Assembly (NCBI GenBank): GCA_965113315.1
Contig: OZ220370.1
DNA: 64,000 nucleotides
Strand: one strand, 5' to 3'
Origin: Podarcis vaucheri
Lineage: Eukaryota
In this document: in pieces, positions 25,450 through 37,495 of the stretch
How positions within the stretch are numbered: position 1 is the stretch's first letter
How the letters are laid out: each line of letters begins with the position of its first letter
Position numbers and translations under genes: made by a program
The notes under the pieces: model-generated
What the model was told of the DNA's origin: nothing
Database searches by the model: none
The model's input: the letters and a program-made list of their open reading frames with translations, nothing else

Positions 25450-25811
25450 CTAAACCAAATGTGATCAACATTTTGTATACATACGCACAAACATTAAAAA
25501 TTCAGACAAGTTCTGAACCATACCCCATTGAACCAACTACACAATGTATCCACTTTGTTCGTCGATTCCCCTAAATTTCAGATTGAACTGTTACCTTTAC
25601 TTAGTTCCCAATCCACCAGTTTTAGGGTCCGGAGGAGGGGAGAAATTTCCCTTCCTAGTGGCCAATATAGGGGGCAGAAGAATGACAATAAGCATGAAAC
25701 AGTAGTTATTTACTGTTACTATACCAAGGAATTTAAAGGTGTAAGCCAGATTTTGCATTAAAGTCACTCCAGTTTAAACATGGAAATTGGCATATCTTTG
25801 TTGCACTTTAC

Positions 25812-26080
25812 CTGCAAATTCACTGCATCCTGGTATGTCAGCTTCACAGCAGCTGGGATCTGAGAGTACACCAGGTGATTGTATTTGGGAATGAGGCCCA
25901 TCAGATCAGATATTTGTCGGATCACAATGCTATATGCCCTCGCCAAACTGCTTGCCGATGTTAAATAGCTGCTAGCGTTGCTAGCCTCAAGAGCAGCTGC
26001 TGCCGCCGCCGCACTTGTGCTGATGGTGCCACTTCGACGCAGGTTTGATGGATCAATATAAATCAAGCCTGCTGAACTTG
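25812..26080 (-). CDS. UBR5: UBR5 exon 39
   Basis: SSAGLIYIDPSNLRRSG...KLTYQDAVNLQ. Confidence 0.95.
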
Positions 26081-26345
26081 CTAAAAGTAGAAAGAAACAC
26101 ATTCAGGGGGCGTCAACAGCTAAACAGAAGTGAGCTCCAGTATTAGCACAAAGCAGATTATCAATATTTGATCCTATCCAGTCCATAAATGATTCTTAAA
26201 ATAACAAAGCACTTCACATAAATTACTTGTACCCCTTCTGATCAAGAAAAAACAAAATCAAAAATCAGTTCACTGGGTAGGAAATCAGAAAAAGTAAGGC
26301 CCAGTGGAGAAAAAATAATAATAATAATTATAGTTTTTATAATAC

Positions 26346-26603
26346 CTGCTGGAGCAGAGGTACTAGATGGAGCAGTGCTGGTAGTCCTCTGATTCTGGGT
26401 GTTACGTACAGCCCACTGCATTGAGCGGGGTGCCTGGGCGGCACCATTGGCATGAGAGCTGTTTGTTGTTCGCTCCAGAGGCTCGTCTAGCATAAAGGTC
26501 TCTTGCTCTATATCATCACTCTGGCTGCTGCTGCTATCTGAATCACTGGTGTCATTGGACTGAGAGTCATCTTCAGAAAAAAATGCTGGAACGCTGCTGG
26601 CAC
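26346..26603 (-). CDS. UBR5: UBR5 exon 38
   Basis: ASSVPAFFSEDDSQSND...PRSMQWAVRN...SAPA. Confidence 0.95.
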
Positions 26604-27149
26604 CTGTGGGGAAAGATATACTATAAGGGTCACTGATAAGAGAGCAGGGTAAGCTTTATTTATTAGGCCAGAAATCCAAAGTATACTGTGGCACTCAGCT
26701 CCTACAAAGGAGGAAAAACTTTTTAAGAAGCACACAAATACTTTCCTACCTCGCGTTTTTTCAACGTGTTTTTAGAAGACGGAGCTGCAGATGCAACCCC
26801 ACCTTGACACATCCCTCAGGCTGCAAGCATAACAACATTATTAACCTGACAGTTGCTGCTTGATTTTATTTTGTTTTAAATTGTTTTTGTTGCTGTAACC
26901 CACCCTAGGACCTTATGGTTCTATTAACAGCAATGAACAACAACAATAATAGTTAAACATTTCTGATTTTCTCCTACAAAACAGTCAAGGTAACTTAAAA
27001 AATAAGCAACTTGTAGACTTCAAGGTTTGCCCATCAACCTCTCTCAGACTAGGGGACATATTTAAATTCTTTTAATAATGTACAGCAATATATTGTCCCC
27101 CCCCAAAAAAAATATACATAAAAATGAAGGCTGATAAAAAGAATATTAC

Positions 27150-27281
27150 CTGCTTCTGATCCTGCTGTAGCTGCAGTGACAACACTTCTGCGCCCACTGG
27201 CATTGTCCTGGTTGCTATGGTTACTCTCACTATCACTCTCAGTTTCTGCTGCTGCTAGAAGATCCAACTCCATATCACTTC
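27150..27281 (-). CDS. UBR5: UBR5 exon 37
   Basis: SDMELDLLAAAETESDSESNHSNQDNASGRRSVVTAATAGSEA. Confidence 0.95.
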
Positions 27282-27526
27282 CTAATAACAAATTTATAGA
27301 ATTATGTTAACACAGTGGTCTGCATGATACTATATTTCAGATTCTTCACAAAGCTATCTTTCATTTTAAGCTCTCCCGCTGCTCAACTGTTGAGAAGATT
27401 AAGGCACTCCAGTAGGACATTAACTACTGCTTAACTCAACCGCAGAAAGCCATATATTTATCTCACAAGCTTGCCGTTTTTGATACCAATATTACTAATG
27501 CACAATTACCAACATGTATAGCAGTA

Positions 27527-27866
27527 CAGTGGTGCCTCGCAAGACGAAAAGAATCCGTTCCGCGAGTCTCTTCATCTTGCGGTTTTTTCGTCTTGCGAAG
27601 CAAGCCCATTAGCGGCTTAGCGGATTAGCACTATTAGCGGCTTAGCGGATCAGCTGTTAAGCGGCTTAGCGGCTTAGGATCAGCTGATAAGCGACTTAGC
27701 GGCTTGGGGAAAAGGGGGGGGGACCCCGCAGGAACTCACAAGACATTTTCGTCTTGCGAAGCAAGCCCATAGGAAATTCGTTTTGCGAAGCACCTCCAAA
27801 ACAGAAAACCCTTTCGTCTAGCGGGTTTTCCGTCTTGCAAGGCATTCGTCTTGCGGGGCACCACTG
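27527..27866. mobile_element. Tigger/pogo-like MITE
   Basis: TIRs cagtggtgcctcgcaagacgaa / ttcgtcttgcggggcaccactg; TA TSD; internal (TTAGCGGC)-type repeats. Confidence 0.88.
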
Positions 27867-28156
27867 TACAAGTTAGAATGAAATAGGGGGTTGCAGTAGC
27901 TTTCTGTTTCGTTTCTAATCAACCCAAAGAAGGTACACTTTACAGTCCCTTGTGTATGGTAAAACCTACGGGTTGCATCCAAACTAAGATAGCCACACTT
28001 AGGTTCCATTGAAATAAATGTAGAATGCCAGCCATCACTACCTTCAATGGGACCAAAGTGAGAGGAAATAGGACTCACTGAGGTACAGAGGACTTATTCT
28101 GGATCCAACCCTGTGCATGTCTTAAAATTACTAATAAACATGTCCAGGTATCATAC

Positions 28157-28268
28157 CATCTTCATCATGCTCATCATGCTGCCCTTCTGCCTCAGCATTT
28201 TCCTCGCCATGTTCTTCTTGCTCATCATGGTGGTCTTCTTCCCCAGCAACCCCCTCTACCACCTCAAC
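28157..28268 (-). CDS. UBR5: UBR5 exon 36
   Basis: VEVVEGVAGEEDHHDEQEEHGEENAEAEGQHDEHDED. Confidence 0.95.
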
Positions 28269-29024
28269 CTGAAACAAGAAGATTTTTTTTTTTAACACCA
28301 TGTAAATGCTTACGATCTTCAAGGATGTTTTGTAAATACAGCTCTCAAAGCTATGGCTGTTTTAGACATTTTCTATATTGTTCAGTACACTTATTTTGCG
28401 CTCCATTCCTAGTTTTGGGCCAGCGCTGTAACATTTTGCTACCTTAGGCAAATAACAAAATGGCATCTCGCACCCCTAACTCCACCTACAGAAGTATGGC
28501 GTACTGATAGTTGAATCTTATTCTAAGACTGGTAATGGGGCATCTGCCTGCTGTAGAATGTCAAAAGTAAGTGATGCTCTACTATTTTTCAAATATGTGC
28601 ATTTTTTGTTGCGATGAATATAAAGTGAACACATTGAAAAGTGATGCTGAGTTCATAATAGCTTTTTCTTATTATGTATTTTCTAAATTAAAGAGAACTT
28701 TGAGGCTAAAAAGTGGTGCTCATACTCATAAAAGTTGGGAAAAGAGGGCATCAAATTGACTACTCCCAGCTCAAGACAATAGACAAAGCCATTCTCTAAG
28801 GTACCACAGGACTTTCTGCTGCTAGAGGCTAACATGGATTCATTTCTGGTAGTGTGTAACACCAAGGTTGTACACTCATTTACATCCCAAATTGCAGTAT
28901 AGCTGAAACTTCACAAGCCAACTTATTATTTTGCACTCTAGTACTAGATTCATTTAACATTTGCACTGATATCTACTTTAAAAGAAATAGAAAGTTGCCC
29001 ATTGAAAACAATTAAGACAACAAC

Positions 29025-29148
29025 CTCTTCAACATCTGCTGACACAATGTCATCTTGTTCTTCATCTCTGCCACGAACTGGTTGAGACTGACTGATCCGT
29101 CTTTGCTGTGGATTTCTAATAATATAGGACGACTGAGACTGACTGGAA
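29025..29148 (-). CDS. UBR5: UBR5 exon 35
   Basis: SSQSQSSYIIRNPQQRRISQSQPVRGRDEEQDDIVSADVEE; weak donor GAG|GTTGTT. Confidence 0.92.
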
Positions 29149-29613
29149 CTACAAGAAAGAAAGAAGCCTTTTTTAAAAATACAATTATATATTTACACAG
29201 CATCATCATCACATATGATTTTCTTCTCTTCACACAACAGTATCAACTTTAATACAGCAGACAAAAGAACCCCCATAAGTATATTAACATTAGTTTAAAA
29301 TAGTCAGTTGAATATAATAGATTTCCCTTCTTGTTTTTGATAGCTTCTTCATTTAAGTTATTTTGAGCTACCAGCCCAGTCCACTTCCCATGTTAGCTGT
29401 ACACCTTGTTCTACCTATGGCTTGTTTAACAAAACCACAAGCCATCTCACAGATGAACAAAGGAGCCTCAGCTTGTTTCTCCAAAGCTTGGTTTGTCTGC
29501 CAGCTGCTCCTGCTTTGCGCCTCTCTACCATAGTGAATGTCTGAGGATGGAGGGCCAAAACATATATGATTTAGAAGAATGAATTTATAATGATAAACAT
29601 TAAGGAGCATTAC

Positions 29614-29853
29614 CTGCTGGATTGATCAGATGATGGCCGGGGAGGTAGTGGTTCTACTGAGAACAGTTCTTCGCTGCCTTGCATAGCATCTATACTAGTG
29701 CTTGCCAATGTAAAAGGTGCCGTAGGACGTGCAATACCCATTCTGACTGGGATAATGAGGGATTCCGCTACATTGCACAATTCCTCCACAGCGTAAGGTA
29801 GCAAAGCTTGGAATACACGCTTGCATTTCCCAATTGGCTGTGGAATGAAGTTA
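29614..29853 (-). CDS. UBR5: UBR5 exon 34
   Basis: NFIPQPIGKCKRVFQALLPYAVEELCNVAESL...PPRPSSDQSS. Confidence 0.95.
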
Positions 29854-31138
29854 CTGGAAACAAGACGTGGGAAGGGAAAACACTGACATCAACAGCCACA
29901 TTCAAAAAGGTTCAGAATACACAAAAACCAGAGCAGGTTGTTTAATGGTTTTGTATTTGCACAACTATTTATCTGTTCATCCTGTTCAGTCAATAGTCAA
30001 GCTGCACTGCTTCCCCCTTAACACTGCTAAAATACAGCCCTTCTTTCTGTCTCTTGGGCAAAAATTCTGGTCCCCACCTCTAGTCTAGTGGTTGGCCCAC
30101 TGTTCCACTAGCAGCCCGGTGGATACAAAACAGTATGTTGAACTTTACCTTAAAACTGAAAGAAAGTTAGAAGTATATTATACAGTTGGAGCACTACATT
30201 TATGGGGAAAGACTCAAAACACAACAGGTTTAATTATAAAACGGTGACTAACCCATTCATGTAGCTTTTCATAAATCAAAGCATTTTATTTACTCTGCAG
30301 TCTTTATAGCAATATGAATCAGAGGCATTGGGTGGTACCCAAGTTATACGGCCATGGCAGGCTTTGGCTTACAGATGGTGGGGGGACAGTGCTACTATGC
30401 GGGATGCTGTATGGAGACATTCATCCCCATTTGTTCCTATGTTTCAGGATACACAGCATGAGAAAGCCCCCAAGGTTTCTGTGTAACAATGCTATCTGTA
30501 GACACAGATGTTTCATTGTACTAGCTTTTGAAACATGGTTTGAATTTACTCTCCAGAGGACTGTTTCCAGTTGATGTGTACACCACCTACAAAATACAAT
30601 GACATCTACCCTTGAAGATGATCTGGACGTTGCAGATGGAGCAGAACATGGCCACATGGCAGGAGCGGTACAGCAAGATGGGGCCACACAACACCAATCC
30701 TGCCTGAACTACACTGGCTACCTATTTTTTTGGTGCTGGGTCCAACTCAAGGTCTTTATATACTAAAGCGCCAACAACTTAGGACCTCACTACCTGCTAG
30801 TTCTCTCCTTATCTGCCAAGTCAGGCCTTGCAATCTGCTGGAGGCAGCTCATTTTGCAAACCAGCCAGTGAGCATAGCTCACTATGCGGGGGGTGACATG
30901 GTCTTTCTGGGTAGCCTCGCACTTGCAGAACTCCCTCCCTATGGGGATCAAGTTGTCCCTCCAACAGTTTTTACAAAGCAGCTTCATTCACACAGGGATT
31001 TGGGAGACGTCTGAGAGCAAATGGCTACTCTTGATGCTACTGAACTGTTGAGGGGCATTTTATAAATAAAAAATCTTAAGCATTCTCTCTCACTGCCCCA
31101 AGCAGTAATTCAAGTTTTTTTATATTAAAAAAGCTTAC

Positions 31139-31299
31139 TTTTTCTTTTTTGAGGAAGCCATTTCCACACTGAGGATAACAAAAACTCTTGCCACAGAACG
31201 CAGAAACCTCATTGTAACAGAAATTGCTTCTTCTCTGCGACCTGGAGTATATTTGTTCTGCAGTTCCTTTACAAGTGTCCCCAGCAAAGTATCTAAAAG
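31139..31299 (-). CDS. UBR5: UBR5 exon 33
   Basis: [53 protein letters not shown]. Confidence 0.94.
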
Positions 31300-31504
31300 C
31301 TGCAAAGAAAAGTTTACTGGAGCAAATGTCTACTACGGCTACGCAACCATGCAAATTCTTGTGCAAAGGAACTGAATACATAAGAGTTAAGACAAACTTG
31401 CCACAACTTAGATCTGCTAATCACATTAACATTCATACCTTCTAAGCGCATAAGCATCGAATGGACAAATTTTTTTGGCACAGTGTTATTTAAATATGCC
31501 TTAC

Positions 31505-31634
31505 CAGTATGTCTGCTGTACACTTTACAATAAGGCAGTGTGTAAAACAATCCAGCCGAATAGTTCCACTTTGCTGATTAAGATACACTTGTTCTTCAGG
31601 CAACAGATGACCAATCCTACTGCTTGCACTAAGA
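31505..31634 (-). CDS. UBR5: UBR5 exon 32
   Basis: LSASSRIGHLLPEEQVYLNQQSGTIRLDCFTHCLIVKCTADIL. Confidence 0.95.
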
Positions 31635-31748
31635 CTTGGAAAAAAGCAAAAGAAAGCAGGGAAAGAGGAAAAATAATGTAAGTTGCCAAGTCTATGATAC
31701 AAAGTCAGTGCTCAAAAGTGTAATCACAACTAGTTCGTTAATACACAC

Positions 31749-31875
31749 GGGTCTTTGTTCTCCTGTGAGCCAAACATGATCATAGACTTCAGTGCATTCC
31801 AATCTTGCAAAACCCGTTCCAAGGCAAGCTGTGCAAATCGTGGAGGTTCTAAATCATGATCTGGCATATCCGAAT
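31749..31875 (-). CDS. UBR5: UBR5 exon 31
   Basis: SDMPDHDLEPPRFAQLALERVLQDWNALKSMIMFGSQENKD. Confidence 0.95.
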
Positions 31876-31969
31876 CTAAAGCCAAGGAATTAAAGAAAAG
31901 CATGTAAGCAGTTACTGCAGCAGTTGCTACAATAAGAGAAAAATCTTGTAAACGAGAAAAAGGTCCCAC

Positions 31970-32088
31970 CTTCAGGATTTGCAGTCTTACGATTACGGTC
32001 TTCCCTAATTCTTGGTGGCCTGTACTGACAATGTTCTACTGTTTGCCTTGCAACTGTCTGCACCAAGAAGAGCAAAAGATGTTCCCCC
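31970..32088 (-). CDS. UBR5: UBR5 exon 30
   Basis: GEHLLLFLVQTVARQTVEHCQYRPPRIREDRNRKTANPE. Confidence 0.95.
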
Positions 32089-32181
32089 CTGTAAACATAG
32101 AAACAAACCAAGAGTTGACATAGGAGCTACACTGGGGCTTTTTGTGGGGCAGATCAATCCCACTATACAAGAGACACTTGC

Positions 32182-32328
32182 CTACTATTTGGCATGGTGA
32201 CAAGGTTCGTGGTGGTGAGCAGCCGGAAAAGCAAATCAAGACGAGCAGACTTCTGTCCTGCAATTAATGTTTTGCACTTGCATTTCTCCCAGCAGTCACA
32301 GTAGGCTGTTGGGGATGTGCGTTTGAGC
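32182..32328 (-). CDS. UBR5: UBR5 exon 29 (end of UBR box; GC donor)
   Basis: [48 protein letters not shown]; AG|GCAAGT. Confidence 0.93.
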
Positions 32329-32867
32329 CTGAAAGTAGAGACAAAATGTGTTAATACAATTTATAAATTTATAAACAGCAGTTTCCATATTGATATACAC
32401 TACAACCAGTTTCACTATGTCCATAATCACATTTTTTTTATAAAAAAACCTGCTAATTCAACTGAAGTGTTTTTCATCTAAATACCACTTTCCAGTTCTT
32501 GTTTATGAAAGGCTACATTAGTCTGAGGAAACGGTGGCCTTGAAAATGGGGTGGCAGCTTCTCCCCCTATTATCAGTCCTAAGCAAATGCCTTATTTATC
32601 TCACCTCTCTGTGACACTGCTGGAGAGGAGGCTACCTAGCTGGTTACATCTCCACTCTCCATCCCTACACTGTGGACCCAGGCCCAAGTTGCAATTCCAG
32701 CTTCCTTCAATCATCTATCAATCCGTTCACTAACGAAAATTTTAGGTACAGCATAGCACTAAAAGAAATAAAATTCTACTGCATTTTCAAGCAAAATGAA
32801 ACTGAATCATCCCTGAAAATACACAGCAACCTACAGAAGACTTGATATTAGGAATAAACACACGTAC

Positions 32868-32959
32868 TTGCAATCATGACCTTTGTGGCACACCCTTGCG
32901 CACTCTGTGCAACAGCACAGAGACTCCAGTAAACCGCATGTTCTACATTCAAATATATC
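32868..32959 (-). CDS. UBR5: UBR5 exon 28 (UBR-box zinc finger)
   Basis: [30 protein letters not shown]. Confidence 0.96.
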
Positions 32960-33368
32960 CTACAAAGAGAAAATTGAGCATTTTAGGGGGGGAAATGGAG
33001 TACTATGTATAATTTTATGATGCTGCTTTTAAGTGGTAGCTAACAATTCTATATATGTCTACTTATAAGTAAAGAATCGCCAAGTTCAATGGAACTTACT
33101 TGCAGGTAAGTATGCACAAAATTGCAGCCTTATTTATTCTTCAAGAGTTTTCAAGTTAGATTACATTAAAATAATGTTAAGCTTCTTGTTAATGGTTTCT
33201 TGTTAAGCCAAAGAGAGCAGTAAGAAGCTTCCCCCCACCCAGCCCTTTCCCCAGAAAACCCAGCAGTAAGAGAAAGGCAAGCATTTAAAAATCTATGGTT
33301 AAAAGCTCAGGAATATGAGCTTGTCTTTACACCTAGCACAAAAAACTAATTAAGTTCCCTTATTTTAC

Positions 33369-33517
33369 CTGATTTATGTGCTCTGCACCAGTCCATGTAA
33401 AGCTGCATGTATCATTGCAACATAGGACATATAAAGGAGAGTCATCTGGGTTTGTGCCAGTTGGACAAACCATTCCCATAAACACATCCTCTTCCTTTTC
33501 ACCTGAAGTTGCCTCCG
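33369..33517 (-). CDS. UBR5: UBR5 exon 27
   Basis: [49 protein letters not shown]. Confidence 0.94.
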
Positions 33518-34091
33518 CTTTTTAAAAAAGGAGAAAGATAGTGCTTAAAATGAAGTTATACATACTCTTTGAAGAGCTAGCAACTTAAGGTAATAATTCT
33601 CAAAGGCCCTCTATGAAGAAAACAAAACATCACGGCACTTTAACATTACTGCTAAACCACACTGCATATCAGCTAACCAAATGCACTCATGCTTCCCTCC
33701 AAAATGACTTCAAATTGTATTAGTTATACTAAACAAAATTCCTCCTCTATGGAGAACAGGTTTTAATCTTTGTTTCATTGAAAGCTGCCACCATTCACAA
33801 CCTTCTGTCAATAATTGCCCTGACCTATTTTCACAAAAAAGAAAACCAATGGATATCAGAGCATACCCTCCTGCAGGGAAATTATTACAGGAAACTGTAT
33901 CTATTGAATCAGACACTTTTTAAAACCAAGAAGATAACAGAAAGTTATTCATGGACAGCAGGAAGACTGGCATTTTCTATTAATTCAATATTTTACATTT
34001 TATTCCACTGTCTAATCCAGAGATTTAGGAAGGGGAAAGCCCTCGATTATTGGCATACATAAAGCAAGAATCACAAATAGTATTCACATAC

Positions 34092-34189
34092 CTTTGGCAA
34101 CTTTTTGTGCAGTTTCTAAAATGGTAATTGCTGCAGGATATGCTCTGCCGCTTACAGCAGACATAAACGGTGTCATACCTCTTGCATCC
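34092..34189 (-). CDS. UBR5: UBR5 exon 26
   Basis: DARGMTPFMSAVSGRAYPAAITILETAQKVAK. Confidence 0.95.
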
Positions 34190-34490
34190 CTAAAAAACAG
34201 TAATATGTCAGTATCATTTTCAGTTAAGTTAAAAAGGCAGTCTTCTAGGTATAGCAGAAAGAGCCTGATTTAGTACTACCCCAACTTTAAAGTTAAAATG
34301 AAGGTAATAGATCTGATGCATAAACAAAAATGGAAAAATCAATTTATTAACAAATACAAAATAGAGCTGTTTATATCAAGGCTCAGTGCAGCTTTGTAAA
34401 ACATACCCAATTCCCTCAACCATTCTTCGTAAAGCTTGGCTTCCCAAGTAGATGAAAACACTACAAGACATGCACAAAAAGACCCCTTAC

Positions 34491-34614
34491 TTGGCTGATA
34501 GCAGTTCCCGAAGATAAGGCTGTAAAACCACACTGTCACATAACAATTTCAGTATGAAGTGAGCATTTGCCTTCCGATCCTTTGATTCCACTACAGAGGG
34601 TTCTGTAGAAGGAC
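34491..34614 (-). CDS. UBR5: UBR5 exon 25
   Basis: PSTEPSVVESKDRKANAHFILKLLCDSVVLQPYLRELLSA. Confidence 0.95.
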
Positions 34615-35029
34615 CTGCAAATTGGAAAAGTATTGGTGAAAAATAGCTGCCTACAAAAGTAGCTCACTTACTTAAAACATTCTAGAAAAGAAGAGGGATT
34701 CCTGTATCAAGCTATTATGATTAGTCAACACTTTCACAATGTCAGAAACCTGATGCTAAATTATGAATTTGAGTGTATATAAAGGACTGGAAACTTCATG
34801 TCCTGAAACCAATATTGGCCAACATATTTTAATGTGTGAAGCAGTGCCAAACAGGACAAACAGACTGATATGTTAAGCACCCTTATTCATTATACAGAAC
34901 GATGGGAAGATGCACCTTCAAGTTATAGGAGGGAACATTTAAGCTGCACTAAAATACATGTATGAAGCGAGCATTTGCCATTTCTTTTTATTAAGTCGTA
35001 TGCAAGTGTACAAAATAGCATGTTCTCAC

Positions 35030-35125
35030 CTGGTATCGTGGAGGTGCTGGGTCCTTGGCCAGTGCCAGTTGTTGCTGTGGTAAGAGATCCCACAGCAGGG
35101 GCCAGGATAAAATCAATGTCACCAT
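35030..35125 (-). CDS. UBR5: UBR5 exon 24
   Basis: GDIDFILAPAVGSLTTATTGTGQGPSTSTIP. Confidence 0.95.
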
Positions 35126-35527
35126 CTTTTAGTAAACAGAACAGTAGGATGCACATCAATACATAAAACACACCCCTGGCAATATGCGCACTCCACAGAA
35201 ACTACCCACACTATATCTTTAAATTTTCTTTCCTTCCAAAGGCTATTCAACGAAACTACTGGTAAGTGCAGCTAACACTATAGCAGATAGCAAGTCACAT
35301 TATTGAAATAAGCAACATCTGCCTACAAGCTGTAATCAGAAAATTTTAACACTCAGTTTTCACCTGAAAGCACAGAAGTGGCTAACTAGCTAAATGCTTT
35401 GCACCACTGAAGTTGCAATAACATTGATGCAATGCATTTCTTATTCCTACGCTCTTTCACAAGTTCACACGAAAGGCAATTTATATCTACTTTTACACTT
35501 ATGCACAAGTGCATGTGAAAATCTTAC

Positions 35528-35679
35528 CAGGGTCCATCGCAGGAGGATCAGGCACCCAGCTTGGAGGAGCGATGGGAGGAGAAACTGGATCCTGATGATC
35601 ACTGGATGAAGCCCCTGCTTCATGTCTGCCCAAACCTGCTGCTCTCAGAGATCTTCTCATCATCTCTCTCAGTCGCAAA
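35528..35679 (-). CDS. UBR5: UBR5 exon 23
   Basis: LRLREMMRRSLRAAGLGRHEAGASSSDHQDPVSPPIAPPSWVPDPPAMDP. Confidence 0.95.
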
Positions 35680-36064
35680 CTAAGACCAAACAGAAAATCC
35701 TAAAATTAATGCTTGCCTATTCTTGCGCAGGGAGCATGCTGAAGGCAACCTAGTGTTCTAGAATGCCAAACTAACTTTTGTCCGCATTTATAACTAATAT
35801 GTGGGAAAGAAAGCAATATAAATGCCACCCCAATTATTAAATATGAAAAAGAAATACGGCACGTATTTTAGACACAGTACTGTCAATGTACCAATTCAAC
35901 TTTGCATTCTCCTTGTAACTGCGGTAAGCCTGAAGTTGCTCTTGCATTTAATTTATAAGTGAGCGCCCGCTCCCCCCAAGATGGGGGGAGAAAAGGGAAT
36001 AACTAGCAACCAAAAACACATTGCAGGTGGTTTGCAAGTGAGTGGGCTCCAACGTAGGAGTACA

Positions 36065-36300
36065 GGGTGCCAGTGTGGTGTAGTGGTTAAGAGTCTCATA
36101 ATCTGGTGAACCGGGTTCGCGTCTCCGCTCCTCTACTTGCAGCTGCTGGGTGACCTTGGGCTAGCACACTTCTTTGAAGTCTCTCAGCCCCACTCACCTC
36201 ACAGAGTGTTTGTTGTGGGGGAGGAAGGGAAAGGAGAATGTTAGCCGCTTTGAGACTCCTTCGGGTAGTGATAAAGCAGGATATCAAATCCAAACTCTCT
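36065..36300 (+). mobile_element. tRNA-derived SINE (Squam3-like)
   Basis: A box tggtgtagtggtt, B box gggttcgcgtctc, tail ...gatatcaaatccaaactct. Confidence 0.8.
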
Positions 36301-36585
36301 AGCAATGTATCAGATTCTTATCTGGTGAAAACAGGCTGATAACACAACTTTATGACCACTGCAAAAGTATAGCAATTGTTGTTATACTTTTCCATTCACC
36401 ATATAGATGGGTTTATGAAGCATTTCTGTATCCTTCTGTTGTGCTGAAGAAGAATTCCACGAAACAGTGGGTATATCTGGAATCACTGTTCACTACATCT
36501 ATTTGCAAACTACTTCGGCAGTGTTGGATGCCATCAACAAAGCTTTTCAGCCTGTTTTCACCAGATAAGAATCTGATACATTGCT
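36301..36585 (+). mobile_element. Inverted-repeat-bounded Penelope-like fragment with hammerhead motif
   Basis: Perfect 39-bp inverted repeat (36301-36339 / 36547-36585); internal CTGAAGA..GAAA core. Confidence 0.6.
36437..36497 (+). ncRNA. Type I hammerhead ribozyme motif with degenerate stem II
   Basis: Stem I tgttgtg/cactaca (6 of 7 bp), CTGAAGA, GAAA, stem III acagtg/cactgt, predicted cleavage after 36490. Confidence 0.55.
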
Positions 36586-37194
36586 TCTTTCAGAGATTTG
36601 CATAGCCTTCAAAGACTTTCAGAGACTTATAAGACTTATGTTCATTTGGTTTTATGTTTTCAAGAGAATCCATTAAGAGTGCATATTTTGCGACTTTCAG
36701 AGATTCATAAGTTTTCTGTTTATGTGATTTCATATATTTCATATTATATAAAGAGTGTCTATTGATATCGTATCATTGTATTTGGTCATCGTGTTGTCTT
36801 GCTTTTAGAAAGACTGGAGCCAGAAACAAACTCCAATTCTCCTCTATTAAGGAGTTAAGGAAAGACTGTCGTCAATACCAGCCAAATATGAAAGAACTGT
36901 GGCTCAAACCAGACAAAAGGGCACATAGTCCTGTCCACCTGATACAAGTTATGCCCCTCTGGAGGGCTGCTGCCAACCAAACCCTGGGTTAGATGGAGGG
37001 TGCTATCAGAGACAAGCAGAAAGAGGGAAAGCAGAACCACAGTAAGTCAGGGAAAGAAGGAGCGAGCTCCCATGCTTACTGAAAAAGGATATTTATTGTT
37101 GTTGCTCATCAAAAGATTTGAAAAGTAGTTTGTGATACGGTATGGTGGTTTTCTTGTTCAAAAAACAAGAGCCAGAAAACTAACCTGCACACAC

Positions 37195-37400
37195 TTAGGA
37201 ACATGAGAAGCTGTCTTATAATGATCAGGCTGTCTGCCCATCTAACCCAGTATTTTTGACTGGCAGCGCCTTTCCAGGGTCTCAGGAAGAAACTCTTTCT
37301 ATCACCTGCTACCTGATCTTTTAACTGGAGATGCCAGGGAGTCAATCTGGGACATTCTACATGCAGACGAGGTGCTCTATCACTGAGCCACAGGACCTCC
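37195..37400 (-). mobile_element. Old tRNA-derived SINE (Squam2-like)
   Basis: Reverse-strand head tggctcagtgatagagcacctcgtctgcatgtag..; related remnant at ~51230-51325. Confidence 0.55.
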
Positions 37401-37495
37401 CAAGCAGCCCTTTGGATCCTGGCCTGCGTTAATTCATAATGTCTTGCCGGTAATTAATACTGCAATAGCAAAAAGAGAAGTTTCCACTAGCTTAC

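Noticed and set aside
27609-27705. Short repeats resembling a CRISPR or telomeric array
   Set aside because: No unique spacers, not TTAGGG, and internal to a MITE in a vertebrate intron.
31292-31294. Alternative TTTTAG acceptor 7 nt inside exon 33
   Set aside because: Out of phase with exon 32; only the acceptor at 31299 keeps ADIL-LLDTLL in frame.
36065-36135. Possible tRNA gene
   Set aside because: The A/B boxes belong to a SINE head; there is no cloverleaf and a SINE body and tail follow.
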